Positions 1 through 8,407 of a DNA stretch of 40,420 bases are shown piece after piece; within the stretch, counting starts at the first letter, position 1; the number at the start of each line of letters is the position of its first letter. Source of the DNA: Hyphomicrobium sp. (GTDB lineage: Bacteria > Pseudomonadota > Alphaproteobacteria > Rhizobiales > Hyphomicrobiaceae); NCBI GenBank assembly GCA_035538995.1, contig DATLJG010000026.1, positions 1 to 40,420 on the forward strand. Direction: 5' to 3'. The translations under genes and the position numbers were made by a program. The notes under the pieces are model-generated. The model was given only the letters and a program-made list of their open reading frames with translations, did not search any database and was not told the origin of the DNA.

Positions 1-1745
1 AGAATAATGAACGCCAAAAAACCTGCCAGAACCAGGGCTTGGGGGTGCTTGTCCCAGAGCAGAAGGGGTGCGACACGTCCCTCCCACACGAGCTTGGCAT
101 CGTGAATGACAAGCCGTGGCGAAAGCCCGCCGGAAGACGCAAGCATCATGTCGGCTGCGGCGGCTTGATCCGGGCTGGCGATGATGCGCTCGCGGATCGT
201 CGGTGAGGCAAGCAACTGCATCTTCGCGGGGTTGGCTGCGATGGCTTTGAGCACCCTGCCGCGCGGCCCCGGCCGCAGCCCGTCGAGGTAACCGGCCAGC
301 GATTTGAGTTCGTGCTCCGATAGTGCCCGGAGCAGAACATTAAGATCGCTCGCATCGAGGTTGAAGAGTGAATCACGCGCCGCTGGCGGCAGGCTCGCGA
401 TCTTGACGATGGCGGCGCGGTCGTTGAGGGCCAGGATGCGGTTCAGAGACGCTTCCGTCAGATCCTTGGGCGACATCCGCCTGTGCAACTCATAGTCGAC
501 CACCTGGCCGAGGTGATCTCCGGCAAGCTTCGTCCAGGCGAGCCCGGCAGAAATCGAATTGGTATCGCGAGCGATTTCCATGCCTTTCTCTGGCATGAGA
601 TGAACGGCGTCGTTCAGCGTCCCGTCCCGCAGCCGGCTCAGGATCGCGGGCTCACCTTCCGACGTGACCAGGATAGAGACGACCTCATCGAGCCGCGGCA
701 ACGACTGCGGGCCGACCCCATCAAGGAATTTCCGAAATTCGGCGTTCTGATCGGCGATCTTGAGAACGAGAGCATGGGCTCGGCGAAAGGTCTGCCAGAC
801 GTCCACAACCTGATCGGCCGCTGCCGCCGCGATCTCTTTCACATGGTCGTTCATCTGGGCGGCGAGCGTGTTGGCGAGTTCCTCGCGGACTTTCTCCTTG
901 GTGGCCGGAGATTTCATCTCGGTGGCGATGATCGGCAGAACCCCGTTACGGAAGTCCCAGAGGTCCTTGGCGATAAGCACGAGCCCGACGCCGCCCGCCA
1001 CCACGGATACCAGGCGCGAAAGGATGCTGCCGACGAGCCGTTGGCCGACGCGCTCGGCGAGCTTGGCGAGTTGACGCCGGACGATCAGGATGGTCGCCCC
1101 GGCAAGACCTCCGGTCGATTGTTCCAGTACCGAGCCGGCCGACACGCCGCTGGTCCCTTTGGCCGGATCGATCAGCACGCCTTGACCGGCGTCTCCCGCC
1201 AGCGCGTCCGCGACCGCCCCGCCATAGCGCGGCCCGACGAACGCTTTGAGGCATTGCAGAAGGGAGTCGGTCGCGTCCGAGCTTGCGAATTCGATGCTTT
1301 TGCCGACCTGTTTTGCGACGCCGGAGGCTAACTCCTCCATCGCGGTCTTCACGGCGTCTGAACGATAAACACGCTCGGCAACCGCGGTCGCCAGCTGCTG
1401 CGCTTTCTCGTTGTTGGCCAAAGTCTGCAGCCGCTCGGACCAGCTTGTCTCATTGGTGATCTCGGCCACCGCAATGTCGACGCGGCTATCGATGACTTGG
1501 TCGAGATTTCTGTCGTGCCATTGCTGATCGACGAGAGCTTTATAATCGATCGATTTCGTGCCGGTCATGATCGCGTTGGCGGCGACTGTCGTTATGGCTG
1601 CTCTGAGACCGGCATCGTCGCGCGCCTGGCACGCTTCATATTCGGCCCGGCTCATTTCCGTGGCGATCGCGGAACAGGAAAACTGGCTCGAAGTGACCGC
1701 GACGGAAATCAGGATGGAAATTGCGGCGCGTAGTGAGGCGTTCAC
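1..1745 (-). CDS. Large hypothetical exported/membrane protein (>580 aa), 3'-truncated by the window edge
   Basis: Manual translation gives an open frame from GTG 1745 (MNASLRAAISILISVAVTSSQFSCSAIA-TEMSRAEYEACQ...) to the window edge (...WDKHPQALVLAGFLAFII). GC3-rich codons, signal-peptide-like N-terminus, purine-rich GGGATAGGG upstream. Absent from the ORF track because its stop lies outside the window. Confidence 0.85.
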   Translation of the reverse strand, partial: MNASLRAAISILISVAVTSSQFSCSAIATEMSRAEYEACQARDDAGLRAAITTVAANAIMTGTKSIDYKALVDQQWHDRNLDQVIDSRVDIAVAEITNETSWSERLQTLANNEKAQQLATAVAERVYRSDAVKTAMEELASGVAKQVGKSIEFASSDATDSLLQCLKAFVGPRYGGAVADALAGDAGQGVLIDPAKGTSGVSAGSVLEQSTGGLAGATILIVRRQLAKLAERVGQRLVGSILSRLVSVVAGGVGLVLIAKDLWDFRNGVLPIIATEMKSPATKEKVREELANTLAAQMNDHVKEIAAAAADQVVDVWQTFRRAHALVLKIADQNAEFRKFLDGVGPQSLPRLDEVVSILVTSEGEPAILSRLRDGTLNDAVHLMPEKGMEIARDTNSISAGLAWTKLAGDHLGQVVDYELHRRMSPKDLTEASLNRILALNDRAAIVKIASLPPAARDSLFNLDASDLNVLLRALSEHELKSLAGYLDGLRPGPRGRVLKAIAANPAKMQLLASPTIRERIIASPDQAAAADMMLASSGGLSPRLVIHDAKLVWEGRVAPLLLWDKHPQALVLAGFLAFII

Positions 1746-1952
1746 TTCAACCCTATCCCATCGGCCGAGCGCCGGCGGCGCGTCCGGTAAATTTTATCCG
1801 AAGTATAAATCATAGATTGCGCGCGAACAGTGACTGACCCGCCAGCGTGCCCGGAATTTCAACGACCGTTCGCCGGATCATGCGCGCTGGGAACATTGCG
1901 CATCGCTGCATGTTAGGTCTCTAGGGCAACGCGGGCTCACATAGCGCTCCCG

Positions 1953-2018
1953 GGCATAGAAGGAGGTTCATGGATGCAGCTACTTCATTTAGCCGCAGCT
2001 ACTGAACCTTTTTATGCC
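1953..2018 (+). other. Stem-loop sequestering a perfect Shine-Dalgarno sequence
   Basis: GGCATAGAAGGAGGTTCA (1953-1970) pairs with TGAACCTTTTTATGCC (2003-2018): 16 bp with two G-U pairs and a 2-nt bulge. GCAGCTACT occurs twice in the loop. Confidence 0.45.
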
Positions 2019-2291
2019 GCATTGCACAACGAAGACGGACAAACCAATTTTCTTTCGAAGTCATTGCGTTGCGCTGTCAGGCCTTTGTTTACCAAGTGGT
2101 CTTAACCCGAACTTGAAAGGTATGGTCTTTTCAGCGGCTTCGTAATAGCTTCGGAAACCAATTCTCAACTGCGGGAAAGTCGAGGGTACGTCTAAAATTT
2201 ACGGCGGCGCGACAAAGTTGCGTTAGCATCGATTGCGACTGCGTCGTAAACAGCGTGCGTTTGGCTGAGTCACAGCAAGTGCAAGTAGCTA

Positions 2292-3179
2292 ATGAAAAAT
2301 AAAGAGAAATTTCAGCCCACTCGTGGCAGTCTGTTCATTCCTGGGGGCACTTCGGGGGTGTTGTTGGTCCACTCGCTCGGTGGTTCGCCACTTGAGATGA
2401 AGTCCGTGGCCCACGCCCTCTCGCGCAAGGGAATGACCGTCTATTGCCCAGTGGTGCCGGGTCTTACATTCGGAACCGACGTCTCCGGCCTCTCCACTTG
2501 GCATGACTGGTATCAGTCCGTTTCCAAGGCCTTCGATGATCTTCGCAGCATGTGCGACACGGTCATCATCGGCGGTGCGTCGGCCGGCTCGATACTCGCG
2601 CTCAGGCTTGCGGCATATCGTCAGGATCAGGCTGCTGGTTTGATGCTTTATGCGCCGACGCTCGCCGTCAATGGCTGGGCGATCCCGAAAGTGATCAAGC
2701 TGTTCCACTGCGTCACGGACAAGTGGACGGCACGACTCTTCAAGTTACGCACGCCGGCGCCTTACGGCATCAAAGACGAGCGCGTTCGGAATTTCGCACT
2801 GGAAGCGATGCGCGGCGCCGACAATATGCCCGCCGATGTCACGCTGCGCGGCGGCGGCACCGTCTATGAATTCTTCTCGCTGGTCCGCAATGTGCGGCCC
2901 ATGCTTTCGCTGGTGAAGCTCCACACGCTGATTTTCCATCCGCGTCACGACGACCAGAGTGACATCAAGAATACGATGGTTCTTCAGCGCAAGCTGAGCG
3001 GCAGGGTTGAAGTCTCCGTTCTCGAAGACAGCTATCACCTCGTGACGCTAGACCGTCAGCGCGGCTACGTCGTCGATAGAACGGTGGAGTTCGTCGACCG
3101 TCTGCTGGCGACCGAAGCCGCCAAGGCAGGCCAGAAGCAGTCGGCAACTAATTCGAAGCAACTGGGGGCGGCGGAGTAG
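2292..3179 (+). CDS. Alpha/beta hydrolase (carboxylesterase/lipase-like)
   Basis: Oxyanion region LLVHSLGG, nucleophile elbow GASAG (GxSxG), candidate acid DDQSD, catalytic His in DSYHLVTLD. No signal peptide. Confidence 0.85.
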   Translation: MKNKEKFQPTRGSLFIPGGTSGVLLVHSLGGSPLEMKSVAHALSRKGMTVYCPVVPGLTFGTDVSGLSTWHDWYQSVSKAFDDLRSMCDTVIIGGASAGSILALRLAAYRQDQAAGLMLYAPTLAVNGWAIPKVIKLFHCVTDKWTARLFKLRTPAPYGIKDERVRNFALEAMRGADNMPADVTLRGGGTVYEFFSLVRNVRPMLSLVKLHTLIFHPRHDDQSDIKNTMVLQRKLSGRVEVSVLEDSYHLVTLDRQRGYVVDRTVEFVDRLLATEAAKAGQKQSATNSKQLGAAE

Positions 3180-3825
3180 CAGTACGCCCGGCCTTGTTGG
3201 CCGTGTTTTTGCTGGATTTCTTTGCCGTCACTTTGTCTTTGCTTTTGTGGTTCGGCCGTTTTGCGGGCTTCGGTGCCGGCGGTTTTTGGATCGTGGCTTT
3301 GTCCACTCCGTCGTCCGGTGTCGCGGCAGCGTCGCCTCCACACGCAGGCAGGTCGTCTGGGGCTCGCGTCCAGATGAACGACTTGCCTAGAAATCGCATG
3401 CCCTTGTAGCCCGTGACCTTCAATTTGTCCGGGCCGATCAGATCCAGGGCGACGCTGTATGATTTGCCTTCCTTGGGATCATACACCCAACCATTGTCGA
3501 AACCGCCTTCGCGGAGCTGTTGCAGATCGCCAAGCACAGGTAGTCCGCAGATCGGACGGGTCCGCATCGTCGGTTCGGGATTGTAGCGGTCGATCTTCGG
3601 CTCGCCCTTGGGGGTCATTGGCTCTTTGAGCCAGTAGATCTTTCCGCAAAGCGTCGTTGGCGTACAGACCTCGATCTTAACGGCGCCCTTGCCGGTGTCG
3701 TCGTACCAGATCCCGGCTTCCCGCGGCGTCGCATCGGCAGGCGCTCCGCAAGCCACGATGGCCGCCAAAGCGGTAACGATACGGAGCGAGGCATCCGAAC
3801 GACCGGAAGTATTGGTGTTACGCAT
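3148..3825 (-). CDS. DUF2147 family secreted protein with Lys/Pro-rich tail
   Basis: Signal peptide followed by GIWY, LCGKIYWL, D..NP..R.RPICGL, G.VYDPKEGKSY, L.V.GY.G..FLGKS..WTR, the typical DUF2147 pattern. ATG 3825 preferred to the ORF-track start. Confidence 0.85.
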   Translation of the reverse strand: MRNTNTSGRSDASLRIVTALAAIVACGAPADATPREAGIWYDDTGKGAVKIEVCTPTTLCGKIYWLKEPMTPKGEPKIDRYNPEPTMRTRPICGLPVLGDLQQLREGGFDNGWVYDPKEGKSYSVALDLIGPDKLKVTGYKGMRFLGKSFIWTRAPDDLPACGGDAAATPDDGVDKATIQKPPAPKPAKRPNHKSKDKVTAKKSSKNTANKAGRTATPPPPVASN

Positions 3826-3901
3826 GACAATAAACCGCAGCGGAAGGTTCAAGTTTACTACTCCTATGCCCCGAAAACGGCAAAACATTGAAGTCAAATT
3901 G

Positions 3902-3929
3902 TTAAACGGCTGCTAAGACTTTCGTAAAC
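3902..3929. promoter_or_regulatory. CtrA-like phased half-sites in the divergent DUF2147/ABC promoter
   Basis: TTAA-N7-CTAA-N7-GTAAAC against the CtrA consensus TTAA-N7-TTAA. Confidence 0.3.
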
Positions 3930-4139
3930 AAATGTCGTCGCAGGGCGATCCACGATAACTAGGGCCATTGAGGCTTCAACTGCTGCGCCCGGTCGCTGGG
4001 GGGCGCGCTGGCCGCAACACGACAAAGGCGTTATACGACCCTACATTTCACATGATGGCCGAATATTTATAGACGACGCCACCCCGTTATCCATCGCTGG
4101 CTCTGCCGGGATCATTCGAGATAAGAGATCCGCACGCAA

Positions 4140-5270
4140 ATGGTTTTTACTCTTGCGCTTCGCAACTTGCTGCATGACCGCGTTCGTCTCGCCGTGACGT
4201 TGATCGGCATTCTGTTCTCGATCGTTCTCGTCGCGGTCCAGCTCGGGCTGTATCTGGGTTCGAGTAACATGATCACCGCCAATATCGCACGATCGAATGC
4301 GGACCTTTTCATTACCACGTACGGCGCCAAAAGTTTCGAGGATGGCGGTGTCCTGCTGTCTGATCGCGAGCGTCATCAGGCGCTTGCAACTCCGGGCGTG
4401 GAATCAGTTGTGCCGCTGGTCGTTGCGTTTGCCGAATGGCGAAAGCCCTCAGGCGGCTCATCGCGCGTCGTTCTCATCGGCGCCGACCCCGACGATAACG
4501 GTCTCATACCCTGGTCGCTTACGCAGGGCACCTTGGACGATATCAAGTCTCCCGATGCCATCGCCATCGATCGCTCTTATCTGGGTGAATTGGGCGTGAC
4601 GGGTATAGGCGACACGGCCCAGGTCGCGACCGGGCGCGTCAAGATCAAGGCCCTGACCGAAGGCATCCGTTCATTCACGCAATCGCCCTACGCCTACACG
4701 ACGCTGAACCGCGCCCGCCAGTTGCTCGGTGTGGACGACGACAACTCGACATTCTTGCTCGTCAAACTCGCCCCCGGCGCCGATATCGCCAAGGTGCAGG
4801 CCGATCTCGCGCACCGGCTCGATTCCGCCGACGTCCTGACGAAAGACCAATTCGAAAGCCGGAGCCTGACACAATGGCTGTTCCGCACGGGCGCCGGTTT
4901 GGCGCTGATCGGCGGCGCTATTCTGGGTAGCCTCGTCGGCACCGTCATCGTCGCCCAGACGCTTTATTCAAGCACCAAGGATCACATTCACGAATTCGCG
5001 ACCTTGCGTGCGCTGGGTTCGTCCAAGGGCTACATCCATAAGGTGATTTTGGCTCAGGCGGGTCTTAGTGCGGTCATGGGTTACATCCTAGGGATGATTA
5101 TTGCCCTGCTGATACTCTATGCCAGCCGAAACTCTTCGCTGCCCCTTGTCATGACGCCGGGCCTGGCGTTCTGGCTCTTCGCGTTGACGCTGTTTATGTG
5201 TGCGATCTCGGCGCTTTCGGCCATCGTCAAGGTCACGAAAATAGATCCGGCCACGGTGTTCTCGAGATGA
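4140..5270 (+). CDS. ABC exporter permease (FtsX/MacB/DevC type)
   Basis: N-terminal LALRNLLHDRVR plus a TM helix, large periplasmic domain, three C-terminal TMs, EFATLRALG motif, ends DPATVF. Confidence 0.9.
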   Translation: MVFTLALRNLLHDRVRLAVTLIGILFSIVLVAVQLGLYLGSSNMITANIARSNADLFITTYGAKSFEDGGVLLSDRERHQALATPGVESVVPLVVAFAEWRKPSGGSSRVVLIGADPDDNGLIPWSLTQGTLDDIKSPDAIAIDRSYLGELGVTGIGDTAQVATGRVKIKALTEGIRSFTQSPYAYTTLNRARQLLGVDDDNSTFLLVKLAPGADIAKVQADLAHRLDSADVLTKDQFESRSLTQWLFRTGAGLALIGGAILGSLVGTVIVAQTLYSSTKDHIHEFATLRALGSSKGYIHKVILAQAGLSAVMGYILGMIIALLILYASRNSSLPLVMTPGLAFWLFALTLFMCAISALSAIVKVTKIDPATVFSR

Positions 5271-6019
5271 CCATGTCCTCCGTTCTGCAAGCAGACAACA
5301 TCGTCAAGGAACTCGGTTCCGGGGCGGGCCTCGTGGTCGCGGTCAAGGGCGTGTCCCTTGAACTCGTTCCAGGTGAGCTGACGTTGCTGATGGGCCCATC
5401 GGGCTCCGGCAAGACGACGCTCCTCTCCATTCTCGGCGGCATCATGAAGCCGACGTCCGGAAGTCTGCGCATCGCCGATCAGAAAATTGACGGACTATCG
5501 CCCGAAGCTCTGGCGAAGGTCCGCCGTGACCACATCGGTTTTATTTTCCAGTCGTACAATCTGTTTCCGACGTTGAACGCGCTTGAGAACGTACGCATCG
5601 CGCTCGACGTCAGAGGCGTAAAGGGCTTCGCCGCAACCAGTCGTTCGGAAGAAGCCCTGCGTGAGGTTGGCTTGGGCCATCGGTTGACCAACTATCCGGG
5701 CAATCTCTCGGGTGGCGAACAGCAGCGTGTCGCGGTGGCGCGTGCCATTGCGAGTTCGCCGTCGATCGTTCTGGCCGACGAACCGACCGCGGCTCTCGAC
5801 AGCGAGAACGGCCACGCGGTCATGTCGCTGCTTTCGAGGATCGCCAAAGAGCAGAACCGCAGCGTGCTTGCGGTGACGCACGATCCCAGAACGCTTGGAT
5901 ATGCGGACCGCGTGGTGCGGATAGAAGATGGCAAGATTGTCGGTGAAGAGCGGCGGCCGGAAGGCATCAACGCTCCCGAAATTACCGATTTGACCAAGAG
6001 GCGAAAGCTGCATGCTTAA
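5267..6019 (+). CDS. ABC exporter ATP-binding subunit (LolD/DevA type)
   Basis: Walker A GPSGSGKT, GFIFQ Q-loop, LSGGEQQRVA signature, LADEPT Walker B, VTHD. ATGA overlap with the permease stop. Confidence 0.93.
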   Translation: MTMSSVLQADNIVKELGSGAGLVVAVKGVSLELVPGELTLLMGPSGSGKTTLLSILGGIMKPTSGSLRIADQKIDGLSPEALAKVRRDHIGFIFQSYNLFPTLNALENVRIALDVRGVKGFAATSRSEEALREVGLGHRLTNYPGNLSGGEQQRVAVARAIASSPSIVLADEPTAALDSENGHAVMSLLSRIAKEQNRSVLAVTHDPRTLGYADRVVRIEDGKIVGEERRPEGINAPEITDLTKRRKLHA

Positions 6020-7121
6020 GAAGATTGATCCCGCGGTCTCGACCATTTTGATTGCGGCCGCAATCGCGATCGCGGCCGGATTTGGCCTTCAGTCGATCGG
6101 CAACCACAGTGCACTGACCGATCTCGCGGGCACCGCCCGCGCTGATACGCCAGCTCCCGTGCCGCAATGGGCGGCCTCCGCGACCGGCCGCGTCGAGCCG
6201 AAAGACGGCGAGATCCGGATTGCGAGCGAGGTCGCCGGCAAAATCGTCGAAGTCCTCGCCAAGACAAACGATCAGGTGCAGGCGGGCGATTTGTTGATCC
6301 GCCTGGATGACGCCGATTATTATACGAAGATCAGTGCAGCGGCTGCTGAGGCTGGCGTCCGTGAGCGTGAACGCGCCGAGGAGCAGGTGACGGGTCTCGC
6401 GCTCGACCGCCGCAACGCCGAGGATGCGGTCGCCAAGGCGCATCGCGATATTTTCGCCGCTCACGAAGCGTTCGATAAGGCCTATCGCGCCGAAAAAACC
6501 AGCAGCGGCGACGCAGACGCGGTCGAAACCGCGCGCAAGGATCTGGCTGCGAAAAAGGATGCGCTTGCTGAAGCAAAGGCCAAGCTCGCTGACGTCGACG
6601 CCAAGGCGGGCATGCCGTTGCCGCAAAGACTTGAATCGTCTCTGGCTTTGGCGCGCTCCGATCTGACGTCTGCTGAACTGGCTCTTGAGCGTACGCGAAT
6701 CCGGGCCCCCACCGATGGCACCGTGCTGAACGTCATGGGTAAGGTCGGCGAGACGGCCATGCCCTCTCCCGAGAGTGCGCTCATCACGTTTGGTGATATG
6801 TCGAGCCTCAGACTGCGTGCTGAAGTCGAAGAGCGGGACGCAGCTAAAGTTCATGTTGGACAGCGTGTCGTCGTGAAGGCTGATGCTTTCCCCGACAAGA
6901 CGTTCGAAGGCACCGTAACTTCGATTTCGCAGTCGCTCGCTGCGCCACGCATTGCAACGCGCGGGCCGCGTCGTCCGAACGATCTCGAAGTCGTCGAGGT
7001 GATGGTCGCGTTGGACGGTCACCCGCCGCTGTTCACCGGCATGCGCGTCGATACGTTCTTCAAGCTCGACGGCGGCAATCAGGCTTCGGCCTCACCTGCG
7101 AGCGCGATGAAGACGAACTGA
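6012..7121 (+). CDS. HlyD/DevB-type membrane fusion (periplasmic adaptor) protein
   Basis: N-terminal anchor, lipoyl half-motifs (GRVEP, V.AGDLLIRLD, IRAPTDGTV), coiled-coil hairpin, TGMRVD. Overlaps the ATPase gene. Confidence 0.9.
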   Translation: MLKKIDPAVSTILIAAAIAIAAGFGLQSIGNHSALTDLAGTARADTPAPVPQWAASATGRVEPKDGEIRIASEVAGKIVEVLAKTNDQVQAGDLLIRLDDADYYTKISAAAAEAGVRERERAEEQVTGLALDRRNAEDAVAKAHRDIFAAHEAFDKAYRAEKTSSGDADAVETARKDLAAKKDALAEAKAKLADVDAKAGMPLPQRLESSLALARSDLTSAELALERTRIRAPTDGTVLNVMGKVGETAMPSPESALITFGDMSSLRLRAEVEERDAAKVHVGQRVVVKADAFPDKTFEGTVTSISQSLAAPRIATRGPRRPNDLEVVEVMVALDGHPPLFTGMRVDTFFKLDGGNQASASPASAMKTN

Positions 7122-7146
7122 ACCTCAAGATCGTTTGTGAAACCAA

Positions 7147-7184
7147 GAAAAAGGGCGTCGGTTATGCAAGCCGGCGCCCTTTTC
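7147..7184. terminator. Bidirectional intrinsic terminator
   Basis: AAAAAGGGCGTCGGTT-ATGC-AAGCCGGCGCCCTTTT between convergent genes. Confidence 0.75.
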
Positions 7185-7210
7185 ATTCGTGCGGATAACT
7201 TTAACCGGCG

Positions 7211-8317
7211 TCAGGCAGCAGCTTTCGTCGTCGCATCGACATGCGCCGCGAGTTTCGGATCGATACCGAGAGCTGCCGCCAGATTGGCGAGGAATTGTTT
7301 CTCGGCTGGAGAATTGTCAGCAACGGCAATCCGCGCGGCCGTGTAGAGCTGAACAGCTTCCTGCGGCGAAGCGACGGACGCCGCCAATTGCTGAATCGAG
7401 CGCGGGCCATTGAGCTCCTTCGCCAGGAATGCCTCGGCTTCGTCGCCAAAACCCGCTTGAGAGAGGCTTCCAACGAGCGTCTCATGCTCATCGGAATCGA
7501 TGCGCCCATCCGCAGCTGCCGCCGCGATCATCGCCTGGATGTAGTGCAGCGCCGCGTCGTTGGTGGCGGCCGCGGGTTCAAAGCCCGAACCCGAGGGAGC
7601 CGTCGTCGGCGTCGTTGCGCCGGTAATGAGTGGCTTACCCGCTTGGTAATTTTGCAGCGCCTTGTAAGCGAGGCCGCCGATCATCGCGAGTGCGCCGAGT
7701 TTCGCAGCGCTTGCCGCCAGTGACCGGCCGGTTTGTGTACCGAGCACGAGGCCGCCAAGGCCGCCGGCCGCTGCACCTGTCGCAAAAGGACTGTTCTGCA
7801 GAACACCTTTCAGCTGTTCAAGGATTTGCGCGGTACGAGGATCTGCCGCGGCCCGTCCGAGCGCATCACTTGCGCCGGTCGCGTCACCGATTTTCGACGC
7901 ACCCTCACGCGCGCCTTGTGTCGCCTGCGTGAAAATTTTACCGAGTATGTCGGTGATGCTGCCGCCGTCGGTCACCGTGCCACCGGCTTGATTGAGTTTG
8001 TCCTTGAGCTGAGCAAGAACGTCGCCCAAATCGGTCCCGCCGCCAGCGGCCGGCGGTGCGCCGGCTCCCGATGTGTTGGGCGAAGACGGCTGTTGCCCGA
8101 ATTGGCGCGCAAGATCACCGAGAATATCGCCGATGCTGCCTCCAGGCGCATTGGGGGCGGATGTCTGGGGCCCTCCGGCGGTCGCTCCACCTTGCCCCTG
8201 CGAGAGGCTTTTACCGATTTCATTGAGGAGATCGCCAAAGCCGCCGCCGCCACTGGACGGCTGCGAAGGTGCGGCACCACGAACGATGTTTTCGAGAATG
8301 GATTTTGCGTCGAACAT
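7211..8317 (-). CDS. DUF533/YebE (TerB-like) membrane protein with Gly-rich repeat N-terminal extension
   Basis: GGLGGLVLG, GALAMIGGLAYKALQNYQ, AMIAAAAADGRID..E, Y.AARIAV..EKQFL..LA.ALG are characteristic of DUF533. The first ~165 aa are low complexity. Confidence 0.85.
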   Translation of the reverse strand: MFDAKSILENIVRGAAPSQPSSGGGGFGDLLNEIGKSLSQGQGGATAGGPQTSAPNAPGGSIGDILGDLARQFGQQPSSPNTSGAGAPPAAGGGTDLGDVLAQLKDKLNQAGGTVTDGGSITDILGKIFTQATQGAREGASKIGDATGASDALGRAAADPRTAQILEQLKGVLQNSPFATGAAAGGLGGLVLGTQTGRSLAASAAKLGALAMIGGLAYKALQNYQAGKPLITGATTPTTAPSGSGFEPAAATNDAALHYIQAMIAAAAADGRIDSDEHETLVGSLSQAGFGDEAEAFLAKELNGPRSIQQLAASVASPQEAVQLYTAARIAVADNSPAEKQFLANLAAALGIDPKLAAHVDATTKAAA

Positions 8318-8407
8318 AGCGGGGGGTCCTTCCGTTGCGATCGCTAGGGCAACAGGTAAGGAGCGCGCCTGTCGGCTACAATTCCCCTTTCGAATATCCT
8401 TTCCACT

